A stretch of DNA of 64,000 nt. Origin: Acidobacteriota bacterium (lineage in GTDB: Bacteria > Acidobacteriota > UBA6911 > RPQK01 > JAJDTT01). The stretch covers positions 288,001-352,000 of the forward strand of contig OZ242374.1 of the NCBI GenBank assembly GCA_965209055.1, given 5' to 3'. The translations under genes and the position numbers were made by a program. Shown one piece after another: positions 1-10,116 of this stretch (positions are counted from its first letter, which is position 1; each line of letters begins with the position of its first letter). A model generated the notes under the pieces. It did not search any database. It had not been told where the DNA came from and worked only from the letters and a program-made list of their open reading frames with translations.

Positions 1-2
1 AT

Positions 3-1247
3 CGGAGGCGTCGTGATTTGGCCGCCTTCGTACCGCGCGTCGACCGAAACGAAGCCGTCCAACCGGAGTACTGCGCGGCTGATGCCGGTTCGGTGACTGG
101 AAGACTCGGAATCCAACTGGGAGTCATGGTCCCGGTTGGACCCGTTGTAATAGATCCAAATTTCATCACCCATGCGGACGGGGTGGGGCAGGGCCCAGAC
201 CCGGGCCGAGTCAAAGCTTCCAGGCGGACCCATTCGAAGGAAGGCCTCCCTGTTGCCGACCCTCCGGAATTGTTTCCCGTCCCGGCTCACCAATAGGCGC
301 ACGTCCATGGCGCTGGGACCCAGTCCGGACACGGGAGGCCTCGGTTTCCAATGCCAGAAGGCTTGGGCCAGCATGACGTAGACCTGATCCGCTTCTTCGT
401 ACCGGAAGACGTCGGCGCCGTAGTAGTCCACCGGCGGCTGGCCCGTGGGCGTGGCATGGGTCGCCCGGTCGACAGCGTCGGGCCCCACCACGATGCTCTG
501 ATTGGTCCAATGGAGGAGATCCGGGGATTCCAGCCGGCGGACCGAACGAAAATTCCGGTTCCGGTCGTCGAACTGGGTCCAGTACCGGGTGAACAGGAGG
601 TAACGTGACGACGGCGGATCCCAGAAGATGATGCTCTGGGTGTCCCAGCCGCCTGGACCCGGGTCCAACTTGGCAAACAGCTTCCATCGAATGCCGTCCG
701 GCGAGGTGTGAAGATGGAGTTCGGCGGACGGGTAGACCTTGGCTTGCGTCTTGTACCGGTGTTCCGGCGGAGCGTAGGGATCGATCCAGACGGACGAGCC
801 ACCGACCTTGCCGGGGATCACGATATTGTTCTGGCGGGACCCGCCCGAATCGTGAAGTCCCAGCCGTGGTTTGACGAACGACAATCCGTCTTCGGACTCG
901 GCGTAGCAGACTCTCAACACGTCCGGAAAGCGGTCTTCGCCGTACTGGCGCTGGTCGTACCAGAGGCGAGTCTTTCCGTTTTCCCTGAGCACGCTGGAGT
1001 AGAGGCCGATGGAGCCGCCCCGGCCGGGGCCTTCCCAGGTCTGGTCCGGCTTCAGCAGGATTCTCCGGTCCTGCCAGGGAGGGTTCATGGTGAGCCGGAC
1101 TCCGTGACTCGATTCGATGAAACGCTCATCCACAAACAGTTGCTTGCGGGTACCCACGTCGATGGTCTCGGGTGCGGCGCGGAGGCCGGCGCCTGCCAAT
1201 AGCAAGAGGAGCAGCGTGGGATAGGATCTCGCCAGTTTCAGGGACAA
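3..1247 (-). CDS. Secreted beta-propeller glycoside-hydrolase-like protein (GH32/GH130-like), 3' end runs off the window
   Basis: Absent from the ORF track because it has no stop in the window. Hand translation gives a TTG start at 1247 after AGAGGA, a signal peptide (PTLLLLLLAGAGLRA), KQLFVDE, CYAESEDG and RLDGFVSV, the same motifs as the paralogs at 21783 and 27482. Confidence 0.75.
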   Translation of the reverse strand, partial: MSLKLARSYPTLLLLLLAGAGLRAAPETIDVGTRKQLFVDERFIESSHGVRLTMNPPWQDRRILLKPDQTWEGPGRGGSIGLYSSVLRENGKTRLWYDQRQYGEDRFPDVLRVCYAESEDGLSFVKPRLGLHDSGGSRQNNIVIPGKVGGSSVWIDPYAPPEHRYKTQAKVYPSAELHLHTSPDGIRWKLFAKLDPGPGGWDTQSIIFWDPPSSRYLLFTRYWTQFDDRNRNFRSVRRLESPDLLHWTNQSIVVGPDAVDRATHATPTGQPPVDYYGADVFRYEEADQVYVMLAQAFWHWKPRPPVSGLGPSAMDVRLLVSRDGKQFRRVGNREAFLRMGPPGSFDSARVWALPHPVRMGDEIWIYYNGSNRDHDSQLDSESSSHRTGISRAVLRLDGFVSVDARYEGGQITTPP

Positions 1248-1538
1248 CGGTCGTCCTCTGTTACCAAGTCGAAAGGGTCGCGACGAACGGCGGATTTCAT
1301 CATCGTACAGTGTGTCCCCTATTGCAAAGCCGCGATGAGGAGCGGACTCTCACGTGCGTCGAGCCGACCCGTGTGGACAGGTTCCCCGTGATGTGTGGCG
1401 TCGGAGAGGGTCTGTTATCCTTGTGTGCACATCAGGTCACAATTCATGTCGCGCATTTCACTTTTCGAATCAAGAGAGGCGCCGGCAGCGCCGCGCCGGT
1501 TCAAGATCCCGCCCTCAATTTACCCAGGGAGATTCCAC

Positions 1539-4500
1539 ATGATGAAATCGGTGCCCGACTACTTTCTCTTCCCGGCCCTACTGGTGGCGGTCCTCTTCGC
1601 CATGCCGTATTCCCACGCTCAATCGAGCAGTCTGAGCGGAGTCGTCACCGACGAGACCGGCGGCGTGCTTCCCGGCGTCGAGATTTCGATCGTGAACGAG
1701 GCCAACGGGCTCCAGCGAACGGTCATCTCCACCGATGAGGGACTTTACGTCTTTCCGCAGCTCCCTCCCGGCTCCTACACGCTGTCGGCGATACAGCCGG
1801 GCTTCAATCCGGTGACCGTCGAAGACATCATGTTGCTCGTCAACACCAACCTCGAGATTCCCGTGAATTTCGCCGTCGAGGCGCTCACCGAGTCCGTCAC
1901 GGTCTCCGCCGCGGCCAGACAACTGAACACCACCGATGCTTCGGTGGGGAATGCGTTCGGAACCAAGCCGATCGGACAGTTGCCGCTCAATGCGCGAAAT
2001 CCAGCCGGGCTGCTTTCGCTGCAAGCCGGGGTCACGTTCCTGACCGCGGACCCGCTGGACGCCCAGTTATCGGGAGACATCCGGAACGGAACCGTCAACG
2101 GAGCTCAGAGCGACCAGTCGAACGTCACGCTTGACGGGGTCGACGTAAACGACCAGAACGGCCGCCTGCCCTTTACCAGCGTCCTTCGCAACACGCTGGA
2201 TTCGATCCAGGAATTCCGGGTGGTGACGACCACGGCGAACGCCGACCAGGGCCGCTCGTCAGGCGCGCAAGTATCGCTGGTGACCAAGAGCGGGACCAAC
2301 GACATCCACGGGTCGCTCTATGAATACCACCGGAACACGGTCACGGCGGCGAACGATTTCTTCAACAACCGGGCCGGCGTCGATCGTCCGAAGCTCATTC
2401 GGAACGTCTTCGGCGCCTCTGTCGGAGGGCCCATCAAAAAGGATCGATTCTTCTACTTCCTCAATTACGAAGGCCGCCGGGACGCCAGTGAGGGCAGCGC
2501 GGTGCGGCGGGTGCCAACGGCCTCCATGCGTAACGGAATCGTCCGGTACAAGACCGTCGGCGGGGAGGTCCAGACCCTCAGCCCGGAATTCATCCGCACC
2601 AGGATCGATCCGCTGGGGACCGGTCCCAATTCGGCCACGCTCGACTATTTCAGGTCCTTTCCCGAGCCTAACGACACCACCGTCGGAGATGGTCTCAACA
2701 CGGCCGGGTACCGGTTCACGGCCTCGACACCCCTGGTCTGGAACACGCTCATCTCGAAGCTGGATTGGAACGCGGATGGAACCGGGTCACACCGCATGTT
2801 CCTGCGCTTCAACTATCAGAACGACCGGATCACCAGTCTGCCCCAGTTTCCCGGCCAGCCTCCGAACACGGAGACGGCGGACACCAGCCGCGGGTTTGCG
2901 GTCGGGTACGACGGTTCCTTCGGACCCAACGTCATCGGCACCTTCCGCTATGGCTTCACTGGCCAGAAGTTGAACTTTTCGGGAGTCCAGTCGGCATCCC
3001 GGGCAAGTATCGGAGACAGCATCATCGACGATATCGAGGGGTCGACGACACCCCGGGACAGCTACTTGCCGACGCAGACCGCCGGGGCGGACTTCTCGGT
3101 GATCCGCGGTTCGCACACCCTCCAGTTCGGCGGCGTGCTGTTCTCGGTCCGGAACCAACGTGAGAGCTACGGCAACAGCTTTCACTTCGCGAAACAGGCT
3201 GCCTGGGCGTTCGCCGACGGCCCCGCCGTATTCGACACGCCGCTTCCCGCGGCCCCCGCCAACCCCGGTGTCTACCGGGAGACCATGGCGACCGCTCTGG
3301 GGGTCCTCAACTTCTTCGACGCAAATTACAACTACGACCTGCAAGGCAATCCGTTGCCCTTCGGAGAGCCCGTCAGCCGGACTTTCGGAGCGGAGCAGTT
3401 TGAACTCTATGCGCAGGACATCTGGCGCGTAAAACCCGGCTTGACGGTCACGGCCGGCCTGCGTTGGTCGATGATGCCGCCGGTGCGGGAAGTGAATGGA
3501 CTGCAGGTGAGCATCACCCCGGGTCTCGACGAGTACATTGCGCGCCGTCTGGACCTGGCGGCCAACGGCCGGCCCACCCGCGACGCCGGGGCCATCGGCT
3601 TCGTGCCGGCGGACGACCCGCGAGGCGGCCCGCTGTGGACCACCCACTACAAGAATTTCTCCCCCCGGCTTGCCGTGGCCTACTCCCCGGACTTTGCCGA
3701 CGGTTTTCTGGGCAAGCTGTTCGGCGGCCTGGGCCGGACATCGATCCGGGCCGGGGCGGGCATCTTCTACAGCAGCTTCGGGATGGGCATCATGCAGATG
3801 CTCGACCGGAACGCGTTCGGCCTCACCAGCAAGGTGACCAACCAGATCGCCACGGTGGCGGGTTCGCCTCGCTTCACCGGTCTTTCCACTCCCCCTGCGG
3901 CAGGGATTCTGCCTCCGCCGCCGGGAGGGCCCGGCACGCCGAACCCGACCGGACTGGGATGGAGCCAGGGAGTCGACTCCAGCGTGCGGCCTCCCTACAC
4001 CATCAACCCCACCTTTTCTCTGGCCCGCGAGTTCGACGGAGGATTTCTGCTCGAGGTCGGCTATGTGGGCCGGTTGGGCCGCAGACTGCTGGTCAACGAC
4101 ACCGCCTCGGCCCAGTACGTCAACTTCAAGGACCCGGTGTCCGGCGCGTATCTGCTGGATGCGCTCCAGGATCTGGAACTCATGGTCCGGCGCGGAACGC
4201 CGACCGAGTCCGTGCCGGCAATTCCGTTCTTTGAAAACCTCTATTCCGGCGCGGCTACCGCGGACGTATCCGCGACTCAAGCCGTCTACGACGTCATCCG
4301 GGCCAGCAGTCCCGACACCGGAACGGCCATGTACTACATTGACTACGCCTGCGCCCCGTTCTGCAGCGATCTGGGGGCGGGCGCGTTCATGAATCCCCAG
4401 TTCTGGGCCTTCGACGCGCTCCGGTCTTTCGGGACCTCGACCTACCACTCGATGCAGGTGTCGCTGCGCAAAGCCTTCTCCAGCGGGTTCCAATTCCACC

Positions 4501-5252
4501 TGAACTACACCTTGTCCAAGTCCATGGACCTGGTCTCCGTCGGCGCGCGCCGCGGCGTCGGTGAACGGTTCGGTCAGATTCCGGGAGACACCTACTGGTC
4601 TGCGTTCAGCGTCATCAACTCCTGGGACCGGGAGTCGCAGCGGGCCGTTTCCGACTTCGACATGCGCCACCAATGGAACGCCAACTGGGTGGCCGAGTTG
4701 CCCATCGGCCAAGGGAAGGCCCTGCTTCCCGACTTGGGGCCGGCAGGACAGGCTGTGCTCGGCGGCTGGCAGGTCAGCGGCCTGATGCGCCTGACGTCGG
4801 GCCTGCCGCTGAGCGTGCTGAACGGCTTGGCGTGGCCGACCTGTTATTGCTATCAGCACTTTGCGGAAGTCGACGGAGCGCTACCGGAGCAGACGAACAC
4901 CAAGAACGCGAGGCTGATCGGAGGGGGCAGCGGACCCAATGTATTCAGCGATCCGGCGGCGGCCCTGGCGTCTTTCAGACAGGTCCTGCCCGGCGAAGTC
5001 GGGCAGCGCAACAACCTGCGCGGCGATGGAATATTCTCCATCGACATGGCCATCGGAAAGCGCTTTCCCCTGCCCTTCGAGGGTCAAAGCATTCAGTTTC
5101 GGGCCGAGGCCTTCAACCTGACCAACAGCGTCCGGTTCAACGCCGACGTCTGGGAGACTCTCTCCTTCACTTTTCCGGGGAGCTTCGGGAACTACTCTTC
5201 GGTGATGATTCCACCGCGGGTGATGCAGTTCGGTCTGCGCTACGAGTTTTAA
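1539..5252 (+). CDS. TonB-dependent receptor with N-terminal carboxypeptidase-regulatory-like domain (Oar-like, Acidobacteria type)
   Basis: Signal peptide, SGVVTDETGGVLPGV domain, plug motif TKSGTNDIHGSLYEY and C-terminal QFGLRYEF. ATG at 1539 follows AGGGAGA. Confidence 0.92.
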   Translation: MMKSVPDYFLFPALLVAVLFAMPYSHAQSSSLSGVVTDETGGVLPGVEISIVNEANGLQRTVISTDEGLYVFPQLPPGSYTLSAIQPGFNPVTVEDIMLLVNTNLEIPVNFAVEALTESVTVSAAARQLNTTDASVGNAFGTKPIGQLPLNARNPAGLLSLQAGVTFLTADPLDAQLSGDIRNGTVNGAQSDQSNVTLDGVDVNDQNGRLPFTSVLRNTLDSIQEFRVVTTTANADQGRSSGAQVSLVTKSGTNDIHGSLYEYHRNTVTAANDFFNNRAGVDRPKLIRNVFGASVGGPIKKDRFFYFLNYEGRRDASEGSAVRRVPTASMRNGIVRYKTVGGEVQTLSPEFIRTRIDPLGTGPNSATLDYFRSFPEPNDTTVGDGLNTAGYRFTASTPLVWNTLISKLDWNADGTGSHRMFLRFNYQNDRITSLPQFPGQPPNTETADTSRGFAVGYDGSFGPNVIGTFRYGFTGQKLNFSGVQSASRASIGDSIIDDIEGSTTPRDSYLPTQTAGADFSVIRGSHTLQFGGVLFSVRNQRESYGNSFHFAKQAAWAFADGPAVFDTPLPAAPANPGVYRETMATALGVLNFFDANYNYDLQGNPLPFGEPVSRTFGAEQFELYAQDIWRVKPGLTVTAGLRWSMMPPVREVNGLQVSITPGLDEYIARRLDLAANGRPTRDAGAIGFVPADDPRGGPLWTTHYKNFSPRLAVAYSPDFADGFLGKLFGGLGRTSIRAGAGIFYSSFGMGIMQMLDRNAFGLTSKVTNQIATVAGSPRFTGLSTPPAAGILPPPPGGPGTPNPTGLGWSQGVDSSVRPPYTINPTFSLAREFDGGFLLEVGYVGRLGRRLLVNDTASAQYVNFKDPVSGAYLLDALQDLELMVRRGTPTESVPAIPFFENLYSGAATADVSATQAVYDVIRASSPDTGTAMYYIDYACAPFCSDLGAGAFMNPQFWAFDALRSFGTSTYHSMQVSLRKAFSSGFQFHLNYTLSKSMDLVSVGARRGVGERFGQIPGDTYWSAFSVINSWDRESQRAVSDFDMRHQWNANWVAELPIGQGKALLPDLGPAGQAVLGGWQVSGLMRLTSGLPLSVLNGLAWPTCYCYQHFAEVDGALPEQTNTKNARLIGGGSGPNVFSDPAAALASFRQVLPGEVGQRNNLRGDGIFSIDMAIGKRFPLPFEGQSIQFRAEAFNLTNSVRFNADVWETLSFTFPGSFGNYSSVMIPPRVMQFGLRYEF

Positions 5253-5283
5253 CATAGCCACATCGAAGCCGGCGAAAAGCAAG

Positions 5284-7644
5284 ATGTCCCCGGTCATGGA
5301 GAGCCATTCCCGGATCCGGTCCCTGTTGGTTTGCTCCGTCCTCTTGACCTGCTGGTTCGGCTGGGGTGATCAACTGGCCGCCCAGACCGAAGAATCGGCC
5401 CGGATCGAGTTTTTCGAGCGCCGGGTGCGCCCCCTCCTGGCGAAGCACTGCTTCGCCTGCCACGGAGACGCCATCGAACAACCCCAGGGAAATCTGAAGG
5501 TCGACGGGCGTGCGGAACTCTTGAAGGGCGGCAATCGCGGACCCGCCGTCGTTCCCCACCGGCCCGACGAGAGTCTGCTGATCCAGGCCGTGCGGGGGGA
5601 GCCGATTCAGATGCCGCCCGGAGGCAGGCTCAAGGAGCGGGAAGTCGCCGACCTGGTGGAGTGGGTCCGGCTGGGCGCACCCTGGCCCGAGGCACAGGCG
5701 GCCGCATCCCCGCCGGTTGCCGAAGGGGACGAGCCGGACTGGGAAAAGATCCGCGCCGGCCACTGGGCCTGGGCACCGGTCCGAAAGCCGGCGCCTCCCA
5801 AGATGCCGGCGGAGTCCTGGATTCGGAATCCCATCGATTCCTTCGTCCTGGCGAAACTGGAATCGGCGGGACTGGAGCCGGCTCCGGCGGCGGACTCCCG
5901 CACCCTGGTCCGAAGGATGCACCTGGATCTGGTCGGTCTGCCTCCCACGCCGGAAGAGGTGGCTGAATTCGTGAGCGCGTTTGGCCGGGACCGGCGAGGA
6001 GCCGTCGAGCAGAAGATCACCGAGCTTCTGGGCTCCGTCCGCTACGGCGAACGTTGGGCTCGCCATTGGTTGGACGTGGCGCGGTACAGCGACGGATTCG
6101 GCGGATTCCTGGATCGGCGGAACCGGGAACTGACCCAGGCCTGGCGCTACCGGGACTGGGTCGTCTCCGCCTTCAACCACGACCTGCCCTACGACCGTTT
6201 CGTCAAGCTCCAGATCAGCGGCGACCTCGTAGGGGAGACCGAGGATGCCGTGGCCACCGGATTTTTCGCCCTGGGACCGTACTATACGTCCGACGGCGGC
6301 GACCCCGACAGCGTAGCCCAAGCCCGGGGCGAGACCCTGGACGACCGGATCGACACTCTGACTCGCGGCTTCATGGCGGTCACGGTTTCCTGCGCCCGCT
6401 GTCACGACCACAAGTTCGATCCCATTCCCCAGCAGGACTACTACTCCCTGGCCGGCATCTTCGACAACACCGTGACCAGTGAGCTGCCCCTGGTCCCGGA
6501 GGGGGTGGTCGATGCCTATGAGGCCCACCAGGAGAAGATCAAGGCGCTGCAGGAAAAACAGAGGGACATCGGGGCTCTGGCCCGGGAGGAGATGAGGGAC
6601 CAGTCTCCCGAAGAGAAAGAGCTGATCAAGCAGTTGAAGGCGGAGGTCGAGAAACTCAAGGAGGAGGCGCCGGCCAAGTACGATTTCCTGCAAGTGCTGG
6701 CCGAGGCGGGGAATCAGGACATGCCTCTGGCCGTTCGGGGCAATCTGCGAACACCGGGGGATATGGCGCCGCGGCGTTTCCTGAGGGTCCTGTCCGGGAC
6801 CGGCACCGACCGGTTCAACCAGGGGAGCGGGCGGGTCGAACTGGCCGAGGCCGTGGCCAGCTCGTCCAATCCGCTGACGGCGCGGGTGATGGTCAATCGG
6901 GTCTGGATGCATCATTTCGGCAAGGCGCTGGTCCGGTCGCCCGGCAACTTCGGGACGCTGGGCCGGAATCCGACCCATGGGCAGATGCTGGACTGGCTGG
7001 CTGCCGGTTTCATGGAGTCGAATTGGTCGATCAAGTCGCTGCACCGGCTGATCATGACTTCCGCCACCTATCAGATGAGCAGCCGGTTCGATGCCCGGGC
7101 CTTTGCCGTCGACAGCGACAACGAACTGCTCTGGCGCATGAACCCCCGCAGAATGGACGTGGAATCGTGGCGGGACTCCCTGCTGGCCGTGACCCGGGAG
7201 TTGGACCTGGAGGTGGGCGGCCCGCCGGTGGACGACATCACCGGCAGCAATCGGCGCACGCTCTACGCCAAGGTCAGCCGCAACGGCGACCAGTCCGGTT
7301 CCGACCAGTTCCTGCGGCTCTTCGATTTCCCCATCATGAGGGCCACCGTCCCCGAGCGGAGCGCCAGCATCGTCCCGCAACAGTTTCTTTTCCTGATGAA
7401 CAGCCCGTTCATGGTGGATCGGGCCAAGGCGCTCTCCAAGAGGCTCGAGAGCGAGTCCGCCGATGACTCGGAGAGAATCGGCCATGCCTACCGGCTCCTG
7501 TTCGGCCGGTTCCCGACCGAGGAGGAAACCCTCATGGGCCTCCGGTTCTTGCAATCCGATTCCCCGTCCGGTTCCGAACTGACTCCCTGGGAGCGCTACG
7601 GCCAAGTCCTCATGAGCTCCAACGAGTTCATGTACGTGCGGTAG
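5284..7644 (+). CDS. Planctomycete cytochrome c / DUF1549 / DUF1553 (PSCyt1-PSCyt2-PSD1) protein
   Basis: FFERRVRPLLAKHCFACH, YGERWARHWLDVARY, CARCHDHKFDPI, NPLTARVMVNRVWMHHFG. Confidence 0.93.
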   Translation: MSPVMESHSRIRSLLVCSVLLTCWFGWGDQLAAQTEESARIEFFERRVRPLLAKHCFACHGDAIEQPQGNLKVDGRAELLKGGNRGPAVVPHRPDESLLIQAVRGEPIQMPPGGRLKEREVADLVEWVRLGAPWPEAQAAASPPVAEGDEPDWEKIRAGHWAWAPVRKPAPPKMPAESWIRNPIDSFVLAKLESAGLEPAPAADSRTLVRRMHLDLVGLPPTPEEVAEFVSAFGRDRRGAVEQKITELLGSVRYGERWARHWLDVARYSDGFGGFLDRRNRELTQAWRYRDWVVSAFNHDLPYDRFVKLQISGDLVGETEDAVATGFFALGPYYTSDGGDPDSVAQARGETLDDRIDTLTRGFMAVTVSCARCHDHKFDPIPQQDYYSLAGIFDNTVTSELPLVPEGVVDAYEAHQEKIKALQEKQRDIGALAREEMRDQSPEEKELIKQLKAEVEKLKEEAPAKYDFLQVLAEAGNQDMPLAVRGNLRTPGDMAPRRFLRVLSGTGTDRFNQGSGRVELAEAVASSSNPLTARVMVNRVWMHHFGKALVRSPGNFGTLGRNPTHGQMLDWLAAGFMESNWSIKSLHRLIMTSATYQMSSRFDARAFAVDSDNELLWRMNPRRMDVESWRDSLLAVTRELDLEVGGPPVDDITGSNRRTLYAKVSRNGDQSGSDQFLRLFDFPIMRATVPERSASIVPQQFLFLMNSPFMVDRAKALSKRLESESADDSERIGHAYRLLFGRFPTEEETLMGLRFLQSDSPSGSELTPWERYGQVLMSSNEFMYVR

Positions 7645-7752
7645 CCTCTCGCCGAGAGTCCTTCGGCGGCAATCTCTCCTTTTGAAACGTTCTCACTTCC
7701 TTGATCGGACGACCAAAGTGACAGGAAAATCCTCGATCCATCAACGGTCATG

Positions 7753-7786
7753 TTGTCTTAATGATTAAATCATGCTATTAGCATGA
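7753..7786 (+). promoter_or_regulatory. Sigma70-like promoter with overlapping operator palindrome for the vapBC pair
   Basis: TTGTCT (7753-7758), 17-bp spacer, TATTAG (7776-7781). Perfect palindrome TCATGCTA-T-TAGCATGA at 7770-7786. ATG at 7790 has no Shine-Dalgarno. Confidence 0.6.
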
Positions 7787-7789
7787 CAA

Positions 7790-8020
7790 ATGAATCTGCA
7801 AGTCAAGAATGTTCCGTCTACACTGCATGAACGCCTGCGGCGCCATGCCAATTCCCTCAACTGCACCATGAGCGATGTCGTGCTCTCCGCGATCGAGCAC
7901 GAGTTGGCCCGCCACGAGTGGCGCAAGCGCCATGCGGACCGACCAGGAGTTGATTTGGGCGTGTCTGCGGCATCACTACTTGAAGCCGTACGGGGAGCCC
8001 GTTCCGAGGAGCTGGGGTGA
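7790..8020 (+). CDS. Ribbon-helix-helix antitoxin (FitA/VapB-like)
   Basis: MNLQVKNVPSTLHERLRRHA fits an RHH pattern; the stop overlaps the toxin start (GTGA). Confidence 0.85.
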   Translation: MNLQVKNVPSTLHERLRRHANSLNCTMSDVVLSAIEHELARHEWRKRHADRPGVDLGVSAASLLEAVRGARSEELG

Positions 8021-8418
8021 CGCGTTACGTCGTGGATGCCTCGGCGGCATTCGAGTACCTGTTGAAGACCGCTCTGGGTGAAAGCCTTGCACCCGTGATG
8101 GACGGCGCGTTTCTGGCGGCTCCCGAGTTAATGGACGCCGAGGTGCTCGCAGTCCTGCGCCGGGCTGTTCTGAAAGGACACCTTGAAGAGCGTCGCGCCC
8201 GGATGGCTGTTCAGGACTTGGTCGTCTGGCCGGTCGAGCGGATTCCTCACCGCGTCCTGATCGAGTTGGCCTGGGAGCATCGGTACAACCTGAGCGCCTA
8301 CGATTCGTTCTATGTGGCGGCTGCTCGCTGCTACGGCGCCCCACTGTTGACAGCGGACGGTCCTTTGTCCCGTGCCCCCGGGATCGGTGTGCCTGTCCAC
8401 AATGTTCGTTGCAGTTGA
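8017..8418 (+). CDS. vapC: PIN-domain toxin (VapC family)
   Basis: YVVDASA...E...LSAYDSFYVAAA...LLTAD acidic PIN motifs. Confidence 0.92.
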   Translation: MTRYVVDASAAFEYLLKTALGESLAPVMDGAFLAAPELMDAEVLAVLRRAVLKGHLEERRARMAVQDLVVWPVERIPHRVLIELAWEHRYNLSAYDSFYVAAARCYGAPLLTADGPLSRAPGIGVPVHNVRCS

Positions 8419-8490
8419 TTCAGGCCATGGTCCCGTGGCTACGACGCCAGGACTGTCCCCTTTTTCTGGTGGCTCGGGAGAACCAGGGAT

Positions 8491-8574
8491 GAAGGGGTAC
8501 CCCTTGTGGGTGCCCTCTTTCGTTCCTGCATCTATCGACGGTCCGGGGAGGGCGGCCACAAGGTCCGCCCCTTC
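8491..8574. repeat. Inverted REP-like doublet (BIME/REPIN-like)
   Basis: GAAGGGGTACCCCTTGTGGGTGCCCT (8491-8516) and, on the minus strand, GAAGGGGCGGACCTTGTGGCCGCCCT (8574-8549). Each is an imperfect hairpin with a 5' tetranucleotide. Confidence 0.7.
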
Positions 8575-8629
8575 CGATGTGGGCGAGATCGTGAAATAAT
8601 AAACGCAAAGCATTCAGGAGTTCGAAGCC

Positions 8630-10072
8630 ATGTTCCACCCCTTGCAACCACCGCCGTTGGACCGCCGCGACATGCTGCACCGGCTGGGTGCGGGATTCGG
8701 CGTCCTGGGTCTGGCGGGCGTCCTGGCTGACGAGCGTGTTCTGGGGACCGGGGATTCGGGAGCGCCGCTCTCGGCAACGGGTTCGCCGCTGGCGCCCAGG
8801 GCGCCCCATTTCGCTCCCCGGGCCAAGCACGTGATCCAGCTCTTCATGCCGGGCGGGCCCTCCCAGGTGGACACCTTCGACTACAAGCCGGAGATCCGGA
8901 AGTACCAGGGACAGCGTCCCGCCATCGTGGACCGGAAATCCCTTCGGAACACCAAGAACGGGCTCTTTCCGTCGCCTTTCGGATTCAAGCGGTATGGCGA
9001 GTGCGGCAAGTGGGTCAGCGACATTTTCCCGCGCGTGGGTGAGTGCGTCGACGACATCTGCTTCGTTCACTCCATGCACACGAACATACCGGAGCACGCC
9101 GGGGCCATCCTGATGATGAACCTGGGCCACCTGCAGCCCAGCCGGCCCAGCATGGGTTCCTGGCTGGTCTACGGACTGGGTTCCGACAACCAGGATCTTC
9201 CCGGGTTCGTGGCCATGAGCCCCCGGGGCCAGCCGCGTGGAAAGCTGGCGAACTGGGGGAACTCCTTCCTCCCCGGGGCGTATGCCGGAACCTACGTGAA
9301 CCTGCACGAGATGAAGCCGGACCGGATCTTGAGGGACCTCAAGAACAACTGGCTGCCCCGGACCGAACAGCGCCAGCAGGTCGATCTCCTGACCCGCCTC
9401 AACCGGCTCGACCTGGAGCGGCAGCAACGGGACCAGAACCTGGAGAGCAGCATCCAGGCCATGGAGATGGCCTTCCGGATGCAGTTTGCCGCCCCGGAGG
9501 CGTTCGACCTCTCCCAAGAGAGCAAGGCCACTCGGGAACTCTACGGCGACACCGAGTATGCCAAGGGCTGCCTGCTGGCCCGGCGTCTGGTGGAGCGGGG
9601 AGTGCGGATGGTTCAGATCTCCCACTCCATCGACCACTACGACATCGCGTGGGATACGGGGCACAGCGACATCGCCGGTGGTCACAAGAAGCTGGCCGAT
9701 GCCTGCGACCGGGGGATCGCGGCCCTGATCAAAGATCTGAAACAGCGGGGCATGCTGGACGAGACCCTGGTGATCTGGGGCGGGGAGTTCGGCCGGGCGC
9801 CCACTTCGGAAGGGCAAAAGGGACGGGACCACGACCACTACGGCTTCACGGTCTGGATGGCCGGCGGCGGCGTCAAGGGAGGCTTCAGCTACGGCGCCAC
9901 CGACCAGTTCGGTCTCACGGCGGTGGAGAACCGCGTGCACGTCCATGACCTCCACGCCACCATCCTGCATCTCATGGGCATCGACCACGAGCGGCTCACC
10001 TACCGCTATTCGGGCCGTGACTTCCGCCTGACCGACGTGCACGGGAAGGTGGTCCACGACATCATCGCGTGA
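8630..10072 (+). CDS. DUF1501 domain protein with Tat-like N-terminus
   Basis: DRRDML, AKHVIQLFMPGGPSQVDTFDYKP, CLLARRLVERGVR, WGGEFGR, HVHDLHATILHLMG. Confidence 0.93.
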   Translation: MFHPLQPPPLDRRDMLHRLGAGFGVLGLAGVLADERVLGTGDSGAPLSATGSPLAPRAPHFAPRAKHVIQLFMPGGPSQVDTFDYKPEIRKYQGQRPAIVDRKSLRNTKNGLFPSPFGFKRYGECGKWVSDIFPRVGECVDDICFVHSMHTNIPEHAGAILMMNLGHLQPSRPSMGSWLVYGLGSDNQDLPGFVAMSPRGQPRGKLANWGNSFLPGAYAGTYVNLHEMKPDRILRDLKNNWLPRTEQRQQVDLLTRLNRLDLERQQRDQNLESSIQAMEMAFRMQFAAPEAFDLSQESKATRELYGDTEYAKGCLLARRLVERGVRMVQISHSIDHYDIAWDTGHSDIAGGHKKLADACDRGIAALIKDLKQRGMLDETLVIWGGEFGRAPTSEGQKGRDHDHYGFTVWMAGGGVKGGFSYGATDQFGLTAVENRVHVHDLHATILHLMGIDHERLTYRYSGRDFRLTDVHGKVVHDIIA

Positions 10073-10116
10073 GCGCCCGCGGCGGCCGCTGCCGCGGTTT
10101 TCCCACGGAGTTGGCA

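Noticed and set aside
2787-7605. Long antisense ORFs (2787-4859, 5167-7605, and similar ones such as 8420-10117, 16106-18043, 23128-24735, 47414-49372, 61427-63163)
   Set aside because: They are shadow frames of well-supported genes in GC-rich DNA and carry no family motifs.
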